Positions 25,601 through 38,849 of a stretch of 64,000 nucleotides of DNA are shown here, in pieces. The position numbers and the translations under genes were made by a program. The DNA is from Phoronis australis. Lineage: Eukaryota > Animalia > Phoronida. Location of the stretch: assembly GCA_002633005.1 (NCBI GenBank), contig NMRA01000608.1:153067-217066 (forward strand). The letters are read 5' to 3'. The stretch's first letter is position 1; each line of letters starts with the position of its first letter. The notes under the pieces are model-generated. The model had not been told where the DNA came from, searched no databases, and saw only the letters and a list, made by a program, of their open reading frames with translations.

Positions 25601-25950
25601 AATTTTGCGACTGGTTTCAAGCGGTTACCTCTTGGATTGATCTAGCTCAATTTTTGTACCCTGTATATGTTCGTCTGGCGGGTAGTCCCCACCACTGAAA
25701 TTGTCTGGCAGTGGCCAATTTTGATACAGTGGATTACGTAGTAGGTATCCAAGGCAGTTTGAAGTGGTTACCAGAAAAGTTGATCTAGCTCAATTTTCGA
25801 GTGTCATTCTCTTGGCTCCCCTGACCACACCCACCAGAGCGAACCTGCCAGACGGCCATTTCCAAGCATCAGGATACCCACAGAGTACTGTGGCACCAAA
25901 GAAAGTTGGTTACCTTTTCATGCCCAAAAAAGCTCTGGGATCCCGGTCTA
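19643..25950 (+). mobile_element. Academ-type DNA transposon with >330 bp TIRs and 3-bp TSD ACA
   Basis: TAGACCGGGATCCCAGAGC... (19643-~19974) is the reverse complement of ~25620-25950; ACA at 19640-19642 and 25951-25953; encodes a transposase with an XPG-like domain. Confidence 0.88.
19977..24448 (+). pseudogene. Academ transposase with C-terminal XPG/FEN1-like nuclease; frameshifted, gapped, partly duplicated, two 3' introns (~23573-23775, 23981-24079)
   Basis: Motifs WDNND, TYDLAVALKA, NYARW, DLSLEQSVNRD, DGG, D.Y..SIKDSER..RG, HEEADT, SDTDV, CDYTSAFY|RKGK, LLPPC, YGW, acidic tail. Confidence 0.8.
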
Positions 25951-26124
25951 ACAGGCAGCGCCAATAAAGTCGGAGGGATTTTATAGGGGGGTTGATGGTT
26001 TTTATGTTCTTGTTGATGGAAATAGACCCCTATCACGACAAGAAATATGACGAGATCATTTTTAAAAGGCTCTTCTTTATTTTTGTTTTTAGCTAAGCAA
26101 GACAGGACGACATGCAACTTTAAG

Positions 26125-26397
26125 CAGTGTTCTCCAAAATAGAAAACTCAACAGGGGTTATAAAATTTAGGAAGATATTTGAAAATTTATTTGCATGCTG
26201 TGTATGTTCTGTACGTTAGTGTGTGGAATCAGTAACAGTGAACTGATGTCAAACCTACAAGATTATCTGTTTCGCGTAAAAAATTGTCATTTTCGTCGTT
26301 GCGTTAAATTTAAAACTCGACACAGGTGACACAAACTCGTCGCGGCAGAACTGAAACTCGTCACTGCAAGAAGTCAAACAACTTGTGGAGAACACTG
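26125..26397. mobile_element. MITE with CAGTGTTCTCCA termini (hAT-like)
   Basis: CAGTGTTCTCCA...TGGAGAACACTG with internal AAACTCG repeats; related fragment at ~59005-59086. Confidence 0.6.
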
Positions 26398-27224
26398 TGC
26401 AAACGCATATTTTTGCATGTGTTATAAAATACAAGTGCCCGTTCAATCGTAATCCATTTGGCTGTTAGGAACTTCGGCAGTAAGTTGAACTGTGGTGGCA
26501 AATGTTTCAAGAAGTGAAGAATAGTTGGTTAGGGAAGGTGGAAGTTAGAAGCAGCTACGGACCCAGCTACGGATCAAAGAAACATTAGAGCACCTAAGGA
26601 AGTCTAAAAACTGGTGTCATTTTTTCCTCACTGTGGTGACAATTTATTGTTTGTCTCAGAATGAACTAACAGCATGTTTTTAGCCAGAAAGGCAAAGTTT
26701 GTTCCAGTCATGTTGATACCTGTGCTCATTGAAGAAATGCTGCCCATATCAAGTTCAGCCAAAGTCTCATTTCTAATTGAAAAGCTGCACAAAAGCATGT
26801 ATGCAAGGATAAGCAAGGTTTGAAACACCATGATTTTTTAAGTGATGAGTGAAAACAACCCTGCATCATTTTTGCTCGTCTCAGGTGGGTTTTCTTTTTT
26901 GAAGAAGTGAGCAAGCAAAGAATGCCGTACCACTAACTCTATTTTCAAAAAAAAGAACAAAAAAATGAACTCAGACCAGAATGAACTAATGCTTTTTAAG
27001 CTGAGTTGAGTGCATTTCAGGCAAATAAAATAAGTCACTGTGACAAGAAAACTTCATGGGGTTGGTATTGAGCAGTGGAGATCTGTCAGTTCTCTAGTCC
27101 TGAAGTCACCTCTAGTCTGAGTACTATTTAGGAGCAAGCTGAGACCCGTTTCAATCGGTAACTAGTTTTTGATGTAATTTGCTGGTGAGAAGGTTGCTCA
27201 CGTCTGTCATTACTTGTAGCCACN

Positions 27225-27634
27225 CCACCACTAGATTTGTCTGGCAGTGTTCATTCGTGATACCTGGGCTTACGGTGAAAATTTTGCGACTGGTTTCAAG
27301 GGGTTACCTCTTGGATTGATCTAGCTCAATTTTTGTGCCCTGAATATGTTCGTCTGGCGGGTAGTCCCCACCACTGAAATTGTCTGGCAGTGGCCAATTT
27401 TGATACAGTGGATTAGGATCAGTAGTAGGTATCCAAGGCAGTTTGAAGTGGTTACCAGAAAAGTTGATCTAGCTCAATTTTCGAGTGTCATTCTCTTGGC
27501 TCCCCTGACCACACCCACCAGAGCGAACCTGCCAGACAGCCATTTCCAAGCATCAGGATACCCATAGAGCACTGTGGCACCAAAGAAAATTGGTTACCTT
27601 TTCATGCCCAAAAAAGCTCTGGGATCCCGGTCTA
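27225..27634 (+). mobile_element. Third copy of the Academ terminal inverted repeat (right end of another insertion, next to an N)
   Basis: Near-identical to 25595-25950, ending GGGATCCCGGTCTA. Confidence 0.85.
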
Positions 27635-28589
27635 GTAATAGCGTATGTTTTGTGAAAGAATAAAGATATGTTTAAAATTTATGTGCCATTATTACGTTGC
27701 CACCTTTCTTATGTAAGGTACACTCATTGAAAAATAGCCCCCTGGCCAATTTTAATGAAATTGACCTTTAAATGAGAACTTCACAATTATTCCCGGTCCT
27801 CAAAAATCTAATACAGTTTTTTTTCTCCTAGTAAAGTGTGTGTCCTGTAGGCAATAAATGAAGTACTCCTTTTCTCTTGTTTTTCATGGAGACCCATCCC
27901 TCTGCTATTCAATTAGATTATAATTAAATTCACCCGTCATCATTATAACACTTATGCAGCAAATTACAATCAAACATCGATAAACGTAGCGGTACAGGCC
28001 TGACCCATTCACACCACAGACGCACAAAACAGAACAAAAACAATACAAACACATCCACAAGCACATCATAGATTTCACAGAATACAATATCAATGTGAAG
28101 TACATGTATGATGTAACACAGGATAGAAAACATAGGAAAATTGATCCTCGTGGCAAGGCTTATTCTCCCAGTATTTTTTATAATGAAACTTTATAATAAA
28201 AAACAACGGTTCTCATACAAAAACAGGTAGAAAGATTAAGGTTAATTACATTGCAGGCCCCCTACGAAGGAAAAAATTATTGGGNGGAATTCCTTACAAA
28301 GAACTCATAGTAATCATCTTTACAAGAGATACTAGTCTTGTGATAATATGGGAAACAGTAAAATTATGTTATAACTAAACATCGGAAATAGTCCTTTTGT
28401 GTAATTAACAAAATAACGGTCTACACGTTCTTTAAAATTCCTGACTTACTTATGATGGCGGTCAATCCTTCTGTATTTTTAAAACTTGTTGGTTGTTTGG
28501 GTCGAATGTCTTGATACTGCTGTGCTGTGCATGAATGTTTTGCGGGTTTTTTTTGATGAATTTCGAATCACAACTTCCCTCGTGAATAT

Positions 28590-31172
28590 CAAAAAGGACC
28601 CCCCAAAAAGGAGGTACCACACAAAACCAATTCCATATGATTCAATACATGTCACAGATCACTTAATGCCCTATGACAGAAAACTTACCCTCTGCAGTGT
28701 TCCCGGCAGAAACCCCCAAAAATCTCAACCACTGTATGCCATCAAAATTTGAGCTAGACTAGATTTTCGAAGTACCGGCCAAAACTGATTTTAAACGAAC
28801 AATAGTACCGCACTGAGCACCAAATGACCCATGACAGACAAATTGCACTCTGGAATGGGTCCAGCAGAAACCAAAAAAGGATCACCCCCCAAAAAAATGA
28901 GCTAGCACATACATTTGAGGTATCACACAAAACCAATTCCATGAGGTTCAGTACATGTCACAGGTCACTAAATGCCCTATGACAGACAAAATACACTCTG
29001 GATTGTGTCTCAAAAATCTCAACCACAATATATGCTTTGAGGTACATTAGATACCCGAGGTACCGGCTAAAACTGACTTAAAACCAATAATCCACCAGAT
29101 GACCCATGACAGACAACAAATTGTGCACTGGAAGGCGTTCGCCAGAAACTCAAGTACACCGTAAAAGAAGCTAGATCATTCGGGGTACCACAATAAACAG
29201 TTCCATGTGATTCAAATAGATGTTACTGGTTACCAAATACGCTGACAGTTAAAACCCAGTGTGGGTTGTGCTCGACAGCCCCAGAAATCTCAACTACCGG
29301 TAAGTAATATTAGATAATGAGTTTATACTTTTGGGTCTACTGAGCTCTCACACTGGATGTCAAATGGATGATGGCAGAGAGTAAGCATTTTGGAAAGTAC
29401 CTGATAACAGTAAAACTTAGGGATACCAGGAACTGTCTAAAACCAACCCACACAGTGAAGTTTAAGAACGCAGATTCTGTAAAATATAAAACGCTACCAA
29501 AACTGCCAGCAGAAAGGATACGTCAGCGACAACACATGGCCCCTAAATTTGCGCTAGATCGAGGAACCACGAAAATTATTTCCAAGGAGCCCTTTCATCC
29601 CATTGACTACTAAACAATACGCTGAAAGAAAAGTAACAGACGTGTTTTTAAAAACATTCTTTAATCAAAATAAACTACATGAAATAGAGCAACACTTTCA
29701 AACAGCATTATAACAGATAATTAAAATCACTGTATCGACGAGAACATCAAGCTACTATATGTTTAATGTCAACAGTAGTTTCCTGTTAGTTTTTAATACG
29801 TTTCAATATCAGATTTGTCACTGCTACTCCAGTTTGATTCGGGCTCGCTTGTTTCGTCATAGCCCATTTTCTTTACCTCTTGATCGGCTTGATTTTCTTG
29901 TAAAAGACCAGCACCTTCAAAAAGGACATCAGGAACGGTAGATCCACAAAACCATTTGGGAGTGTAGTATCCAACTTGTACCTTCCAACCGTAGGTAAGA
30001 GGATCCAAACCGTTTCCAGGATCGGCCGAATCGATTTGGCCCCAAAGCAAGGCAACATAATGGGCTCGTTTCAGCTTGTTCAATAGTGTCTTTCGGCAAG
30101 GAGGAAGCAATGCGCAGTCAATCTTCTTGATGTTGGACATCGTAGAATGTTTTATTGACAAGGGACCAACTGTCTAAAAGCTGACGAACAAAAACATAAA
30201 ACCCATGCGCACACCCAGCCTTTAGTTTTTTGGGGGGGGCTCAAATTTCTGACCAAGTGGATCTTTTGCTGACAGAAAAGCTGGAGGACTAAAAAACGGG
30301 GTACCACCCTGAGTACTGTGCGTCTGCGTCTTTTTAGTGGACTTTTTGTCTCGTTTCCACGGACTGTTTGTTTCTCTGAGGCGGACCTTTTTGTCCACTT
30401 CGCCAAATGGGGGGGGGGGCTCGTTCGAGCATACCGTGGTTGAGATTTTTGAGGGTTTCTGCCAGGCACAATCCAGAGTGTATTTAGTCTGCCGGTCATA
30501 GGGCATTTAGTGACCTCTGACATGTATTGAATATCATGTCATTGTTTTTTTGTGGTATCTCGAATGTATGTGCTAGCTCATTTTTAGGAGGTCTTATTTG
30601 GTTTCTGCCGGACCCATTCCAGAGTGCAGTTTGTCTGTCATGGGTCATTCAATGTTCAGTGCGGTACTATTGTTCCTTTTAAATCAGTTTTGGCGGGTAC
30701 CTCGAAAATCTAGTCTAGATCAAATTTTGATGGCATACCGTGGTTGAGATTTTTGAGGGTTTCTGCCGGGCACAATCCAGAGTGTATTTTGTCTGTCATA
30801 GGGGTTTTAGTGATCTGTGGCATGTATTTAATCACATGGAATTGGTTTTGTGTGGTACCTCGAATGTATGTGCTAGTTCATTTTTGGAGCGTCCTTCTGT
30901 CGGACCCATTCCAGAGTGCAATTTGTCTGTCATGGGTCATTCGGTGTTCAGTGCGGTACTATTGTTCGTTTTAAATCAGTTTTGGCCGGTACCTCGAATA
31001 TGTAGTCTAGCTCATTTCCTGGGCCTTTTGTAAGTCCCCCAGGGGTCACACCCAGAGTGCAGACAACGGCAGACGTCCATTTCTGTACATACTGAAGTGG
31101 ACTCTAAATGCTCCCGTGGTCAGATGTTGGTACCTCGTTCATCTATGCTAAGTGCTCTGGGCTGCCGGTCTA
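28590..31172 (-). mobile_element. Second, diverged Academ-family deletion derivative with ~300-bp tandem units in inverted arms
   Basis: 28590-29300 is inverted relative to 30430-31020; terminus GCTCTGGGCTGCCGGTCTA (31154-31172) resembles the other Academ TIR end. Confidence 0.6.
29793..30140 (-). pseudogene. Academ transposase C-terminal exon fragment
   Basis: NIKKIDCALLPPCRKTLLNKLKRAHYVALLW...PLTYGW...PKWFCG is paralogous to 24080-24448. Confidence 0.8.
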
Positions 31173-31419
31173 TATCAGCCAAAATGAATTTATTCAAGCC
31201 GTTCAATCTCTGTAAAACAGTTATCCCGGCGTCTAAAATCTAACTTTAGTTATTTAACCAAATTTGAAGATTAAGATTTTTTGGAGCATGGTCCAAGATT
31301 ATTTACCATACCTCTATATAAAAGGAGACTAGAGTAACCCAAGCAACTGCACAGGGGAATGTCTTTACAGTATAGGTAAGAACATCCAGTGTAGGGCGAA
31401 CTTCGCTGAATTCATGCGC

Positions 31420-31515
31420 CCTTTCGTCGGCTTTGAGGCCGTATGAACTCGACCCACTTGCACGAAAAATGCTGGAGACGTAGATGAGGCACAACCAACT
31501 GAGCCAAGGGTTGGT
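31420..31515 (-). mobile_element. Possible tRNA-derived SINE fragment
   Basis: Minus-strand TGGCTCAGTTGG A box and a weak B box. Confidence 0.35.
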
Positions 31516-31952
31516 CTAAACACAATGCATTAGCCTACGTGTCGTAGCGCTCGATCGGGGCCTGGGTCGAGGGCCTGGCATAACTAGCCCCAGAATAGAA
31601 ACAGTTTGTTACTCACAAAATTTGCAGCCATACTTCACGAACTCCGGTAAAAGAGTGACTCAAACCACGAGGTCTTGGGTTTTCAATGACTAGCGAACAG
31701 ATAACTTACAGTAGACGCCACTATGGACAGTCAGAATATGAATAGTGACTCTCGCTGGTTTGAGCTCCGGACTCCTGTTTGGGAGACCCGGGTGCGAATC
31801 CTGGCTTTACTAATGGCTGACAATCGAGCATTGCACGAAGGTGTCTCCTGCTATTCTCCTCTTAGCTCCGTCTTACTAGTGACTGTACGTAAGGAAATGA
31901 ATGAGAACTTGGATATAATGAGAAAGTGATTTCCGGGGCTGTGTTCATATCA

Positions 31953-34900
31953 TTACTCTGCGCGTGTAAACGCAGAGTACTGTTGTTCCTGGGTTTTCTT
32001 CAATTTTATCACTTTGCGCGTGTAAGCGCAGAGTACTGTTGTTCCTGGGTTTTCTTCAATTTTAGTCTTCTTGTTACTCTGCGCGTACAAGCGCAGAGTA
32101 CTGTTGCTCCTGGGTTTTCTTCAATTTTACTCTTATTCTTCTTATTCTTATTCTTCTTCCGACAAACTTTGAGGCTTAATAACTCCAAACTAGGTGCAGG
32201 TACGTTCTTCCAATTCAGCATATGATTTTTGACAACACATAAATTTTGATTTATTATATAATCATATTCCATATTGCACCGGAAGAGGTCGTTTGGTGCA
32301 AAGGTCTAATAATTTTCAAAATGCTACTGCTCCTTCAGTTTTAAAGCTATCTTTTTCAAATTCGGTGCACAGGTATAAGTCACATGACGATTTAAAAAAT
32401 ACTTTTCTAAGTAATCGAATCATCCAATCCGATAAAACAGGTCAAAGGTCATTAGGTGCAAACTAAAATTTTGAGCTAGACACTTCAAATTCACAAGTCT
32501 GATTGGTACGTCTAATTCAATTCGAAATACAAAGTTTCAGGTCATTTAGTACAACCATGGGGTCATTAGGTGCATTTTTCTTCAGAAAATTTGTCCTTTT
32601 CATTCACCAAGTATTCTGATGTGTCAACCGTTAGACAACTGTGATTCTCAGCATTAAATATACTTTTTACGGACTTTGCAATAGTTCTACTAAAAGGGCT
32701 TGTAATGCACTAGATCGGGTCAATTAGTACAAAGGTCATCTACTTTTGAAAAGGTTATTTCTCCTCCATTTTTCAAGGAATTCTCTTCAATTCCAGCACA
32801 TTTGTGTTAACCTACATGCAAATTTAATACCGTACTTTAATAAGCAATAGGGACATCCCACCAGAAAAAATAGGTCAAAGGTCATTGAGTGCAAACTAAA
32901 ATTTTGAGCTAGACAGTTCAAATTCACAAATCTGTCTAATTAAATTCGAAATACAAAGTTTCAAGTCATTTAGTGCAACCATGGGGTCATTATGTGCAAT
33001 TTTCTTTTGAAAATTTGTCCTTTTCATTCACCAAGTATTCTGATGTGTCAACCATTTGGCAACAGTGAATCTCAGCATTAAACACACTTTTCATGGGCTT
33101 TGCAATAATTCTCCTCAAGACGCTTATAACGAGTCGGATGGGGTCAATTAGTGCAAAGGTCCTCAAAATATAAACATGTTATTTCTTCTACAATTTTAAA
33201 TAATCCCTTTTCATATTGGTAAACGGGTTGCTGTCAGTAACTTCCCATAACAATTATTTTAATATGCACGCGCAGAGTCAATTATTGTCACGCCGTGACA
33301 ATAATCTTTCTACTTCTTCTTATTCTTCTTCCGACCAACTTTGACACTTAATCACTCCAAACTGGGTGCAGGTTCATTATTTAAATTCAGCATATCATTT
33401 TTGACAGTACATAAATTTTGATTCGTTATACAATCATATTCCATATTGCACCGGAAGAGCTCAATTGGTGCAAAGGTCCTGTAATTTTCAAAATGATACT
33501 CCTTCTTTATTTTAAAAACTATTCTTTTCAAATTCCGTACACAGGTATAAGTCAATAAGGCAATTTAAAAAATTACTTTTCTAAGTAATCGGGCCATCCA
33601 ATCAGATAAAGCAGGTCAAAGGTAATTAGGTGCAAACTAAGATTTTGAGCTAGACACTTCAAATTCACAGGTCTGATTGGCACAGGAAATTCAATTCGAA
33701 ATCCAAAGATTGAGGTCATATAGGGCAAACATGGGGTCATTAGGTGCATTTTTCTTCTGAAAATTTGACCTTTTCAATCAGCAAGTATTCTGATGTGTCA
33801 ACCGTCAGACAACTGTGATTCTCAGCATTAAACACATTTTTCATGGGCTTTGCAATAATTCTCCTTAAGATGGTTATAATGCACCGGATAGGGTCAATTA
33901 GTGCAAAGGTCATGTAACGTTCAAAATGTTATATCTCTTACGTTTTTCAAGGAATTCTTTTCGATTTCAGCACACTTGGGTAAGTCAACATGCCAATTGA
34001 ATACCTTACTTTACTTTGCAATAGGCCTAACTAATCAGAAAAAATAGGTCAAAGGTCATTGAGTGCAAAGTAAAACTTTGAGCCCGAGACTTCAAAATTA
34101 TATATCTGTTTACTAAGTGCGATTGAGTTTGAATTCTAAATGTTCAGGTCATTTGGTGCACCTATGAGGTCATTAGGTGCATTTTTCATCTGAAAGTTTG
34201 ACCAATTCATTCATCTTGTATTCTGAAGTGCTTAAAGTACATCATCTGTGATTTTTAGCATTAACCACACTTTCAATCGAGTTAACCATTACTCCTCATC
34301 GGGGCTCATAATGCACCGGAAGAGGTCAATTAGTGGAAAGGTCATCAAAAAATTAGTATGTAATTTATTCTACAATTTTAAAGAATTCCTTTTCATATTG
34401 GTAAATGGGTTGCTGTCAGTAACTTTCCATAATAATTCCAGTAATACGCACGCGCAGAGTCCGTTATTGTCACGCCGTAACAATAATCTTTCTAGTTCTT
34501 ATTATTACTATTCTTCTTTAATTTTCATATTGTTATTACTCCTACATTCATTCATTTAGAACAATATTATTCACTGTGATTGATAAGATAGTTAAGGGAT
34601 TTATATTGATATTTTTTGACCCTAAATGCACTAGCATGACCTGAAACGGGTCAACTAGTGCATTTTTTGAAAATGCTTCTTCTTCTACAGTTTTTTAGAT
34701 AGACTCTTCGAATTTTGTTAACAAGTAGGGACTAAATAAGCGCATCAGAAATTTACACGGATTTCCAATCGGACCAAAAGAACCGAGTTTCCGGGTCAAA
34801 GGTCATTAAGTGCAAAAGTGATTTTTGAACTAGACCTTTCATAATCATGCATATGATTACCATTCATAAAGGAAGTTCAGTCAAAAACTTTGGGGTCACT

Positions 34901-37900
34901 GGGTGCAACTGTGGGGTCATTAAGTGCACTTTTCTGTTAAATTTAAGACTTTTTCAATCAGCTTGTACTTAATTAATGCATTAGTGAGAGCATTCAAATT
35001 CATGGTGGTTCAACCAATTGCCGATCAAATTCTATTGATCCCATGGATGTGACTCAAAATGCACCGGATTGCCCCAAAAAGGGTCAAGGTGTGCAGTCCG
35101 TCGAATGGCTTCTCCTCCTACAGGTTTTTAGATAGACTCTTCAAATTTTGATAGCAAGAATGCACTAGAGATCTGCATCCCAAATTTACTTGAAATTCCA
35201 ATCGGATCAAAGGAACCGAGTTTCTGGGTCAAAGGTCATTAAGTGCAAAGGTGATTTTTGAGCTTCAGGTTTCATAATCATGCATATGATTACCATTCAT
35301 AAAGGAAGTGTTTAGTCACAAACGTTGGGGCCACTAAGTGCAGTTTTGTGTAAAATTTAAGACTTTCTAATCAGCTTGTACTTAAATGATGCATTAGGAA
35401 GAGCGTTCAAATTCATGGTGGTTCAACCAATTGGCGATCAAATTCTATTGATAATACGTGTAATGACCCAAAATACACTATAGGACAGCAAGAGGGTTAA
35501 CCAATATAATTCTTTGAAGTGCTTCTCCTTCTGCGATTTTTGAGATTGCCTTTTAAATTTCGTGAACAGCTTGAAGCCATATAAGAGCACCCACAACTTA
35601 CATGGAATTTCGATCTGATTAACTGAACCGAATTTCTTGGAGAAAGGTCAGTAAGTGCAAAAGAGATTTTTGAGCTAGACTCTACATAATCATTTATATC
35701 ATTTTCATTCGCAAAGGAAATCAATTCACAAATTTTAGGGCCATTAGGTGCAATTGTGGAGTCATTAAGTGCAGTTTTCTCCTGATAATCTAACTTTTCA
35801 CTCTTGCTCTTTCATAGTTACCAGGGATATCTCTCTCTTTCACACAAAAGATGCAACTTCTATGCAATATAATGCGCCTGTACTCCATTCTGCATGTGCG
35901 TACACCACGCGCAGAGTTGTAAGTGTGCATACGCAATTGCGTTCTAGTTCTCTTTCGTATTCTTCTTATTCTTCTTCCGACCAACTTTGAGGCTTAATAA
36001 CTCCAACTTGGGTGCAGGTACGGTCTTTATATTCAACATATGACCTTTTTACATTATATAGACTTTGATTCTTTATAAAATCATTTTCCATATTGCACCG
36101 GAAGAGGTCGTTTGATGCGAAAGGCTACTCATTCTTCAGTTTACAAGCTATCTTTTCCAAATACGGTGCATAGGTAGAAGTCCACAAGACAATTTAAAAA
36201 ATTACTTTTCTAGGTAATCGAATCATCCAATCAGGTAAAAAAGGTCAAAGGTCATTAGGTTCAAACTAAAATTTTGCGCTAGACACTTCAAATTCACAAG
36301 TCTGATTGGTAGTCTAATTCAATTCGTAATACAAAGTTTCAGGTCATTTAGTGCAACCATGGGGTCATTAAGTACATAATTCTTCTGAAAATTTGTCTTT
36401 TTCATTCATCGAATATTCTGATGAGTCGACCGTTAGACAACTGTGATTCTCAGCATTAAACAAACTTTTTACGGGCTTTGCAATAATTCTCCTTAAATTA
36501 CTTATAATGCACCGGATGGGGTCAATTAGTGCAAAGGTCATTTAACGTTCAAAATGTAAATATATCTCCTGCATTTTTCAAGGAATTCTTTTCAATTTCA
36601 GCACACTGGTGTAAACTAACATGTCAATCAAATACCCTATTTTACTAAGCAATGAGCCCGTCCAATCGGAATAAATAGGCCAAAGGTAACAAACTAAAAT
36701 TTTGAGTTAGAGACTTCTAAATTACATATCTGTTTAGTAAATGCAATTGAGTTTGAATTCTAAATTTTCAGGTCATTAGGTGCATTTTTCTTCTTAAAGT
36801 TTGACGAATTCTTTCATCTTGTATTCTTAAGTGCTTTAAGTAAGACATCTGTGATTCTTAGCATTAACCACACTTTTAATCGAGTTTACACTTATTCCCT
36901 CATCAGGGTTCATAATGCACCAGAAGGGGTCAATTAGTGCAAAGGTCATCAAAATATTAAGATGTATTTTTTCCTACAGTTTAAAAGAGTTCTTTTCATA
37001 TAAGTAAACAGGTTGTTGTCAATGATATTCCATAACAAGTCCTGTAATACACACGCGCAGAGTCCATTATTGTCACGCCGTGATTCGTTATATAATCATA
37101 TTCCATATTGCACCGGAGGTGGTCATTTGGTACAAAGGTCATATAATTTTCAAAATGCTACTCCTTCTTTGCTTTAAAAGCTATTCTTTCCAAATTCGGT
37201 ACCCAGGTATAAGTCAATAAGGCAATTTAAAAAATTACTTTTCTAAGTAATCGGGTTATCCAATCAAGTTAAACAGGTCAAAGGTCATTAGGTGCAACCT
37301 AAGATTTTGAGCTAGACACTACAAATTCACAGGTCTGATTGGCACATGTAATTCAATTCGGAATACAAATTTTCAGGTCATTTAGTGCAACCATGAGGTC
37401 ATGAGGTCTTATTCTTATACTTCTTCCCACAAACTTTGATGCTTAATAACTCCAGAATGGGTGCAGGTATGTTCTTTAAATTAAAGATATTAATATCAGC
37501 AATATATAAATTTTGATTTGTTACATAAGCATATTCCTTAATGCACCGGAAAAGGTCGTTTGGTGCAAAGGTCATATAATTTCCAAAATGCTACTCTTTC
37601 TTCAAATTTAAAGCTATCTTTTTGAAATCCGGTGCATAGGTATTAGTCAACAAGACAATTTAGAAAATTACTTTTCTAAGTAATCGAGTCATCCAATCAG
37701 ATTAAACAGGTCAAAGGTCGTTAGGTGCGAATTAAAATTTTGAGCTAGACACTTCAAATTCACACAACTTATTGGCACATGGAATTCATATCGAAATCTA
37801 AAGTTTCAGGACCTTTGGTGCAACCATGAGGTCATTAGGTGCATTTTTCTTCTTAAAATTTGACCTTTTCATTCACCAAGTATTCCAATGTGTCAGAAGT

Positions 37901-38845
37901 TAGACGACTGTGATTCTGAGCATTAAATACACGCAACACGGACTTTGCAATAATTCCACCAAAAGGCTTATAATGCACTGGAAGAGGTCATTTGGTGCAA
38001 AGGTCATATAGCTTTGAAAATGCTACTCTTTCTTCAGTGTAAAGGTATCTTTTTGAAATTCGGTGCACATAGGAATTAAAAAATATTCTTTTCTAAGAAT
38101 TCGAGTCATCCAATTAGGTTAAAGAGGTCAAAGGTCATTAAGTTCAAACTAAAATTTTGAACTAGACACTTCAAATTCACACATCTGATTGGTACATGGA
38201 ATTCAGATCGAAATTCAAAGTTTCAGGTCATTTTGGTGCAACCATGGGGTCATTAAGTGCATTATTCTTCTGAACATTTGAACGTTTCGTTCACCAAGTG
38301 TTTTGATGTGCCAACAGTTGGAGAAGTGTGATTCTCAGCTTTAAACACAATTTTTACGGTCTTTGCAATCATTTTCCTAAAGAGGCTTATAATGCACCGG
38401 ATACGGTCAATTAGTGCAAAGGTCATATAACTTTCAAAATGTAATTTCTTTTACATTTTCAAGGAATTCTCTTCAATTTCAGCACACTGGTGTAAACCTA
38501 CGTGTCAACCAAACATTCTACTTGACTAAGCAGTAGGATCATCCAATCAGATCCAAAGGTCAAAGATCATTGAGTGCAAGCTAAGATTTTGAGCCACACA
38601 CTTCGAATTTTTGTTTAGTAAAGTGTAGATGAGTTTGAATTCCAATGTTGCAGGTCATTTGGTGCAACTATGGGGTCATTGGGTGTATTTTTCTTCTGAA
38701 AATTTGACCTTTTCATTCACCAAGTATTCTGATATGACAACATTTATACATCTGTGATTCTCAGCAATAATTACACTTTTCTACTAAAAGGGATTGTAAT
38801 GCACAGGATAGGGTGAATTAGTGCAAAGGTCATCCACTTTTGATG
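31953..38845 (+). mobile_element. Chain of Helentron-associated non-autonomous elements (HINE/DINE-1-like) with tandem core repeats
   Basis: 5' ACTCTGCGCGTG stem-loop; (TATTCT)n microsatellite; core repeats rich in GGTCAAAGGTCATTAGGTGCA; 3' subTIR CACGCGCAGAGT plus hairpin ATTATTGTCACGCCGTGACAATAAT at ~33267, 34449 and 37052 (variant end at ~35906). Confidence 0.75.
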
Positions 38846-38849
38846 ATAC

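Noticed and set aside
24517-25645. 340-360 aa ORFs
   Set aside because: Artefacts of the ~970-bp N gap.
31740-31810. tRNA gene
   Set aside because: Only a degenerate B-box-like GGTGCGAATCC; likely a SINE relic.
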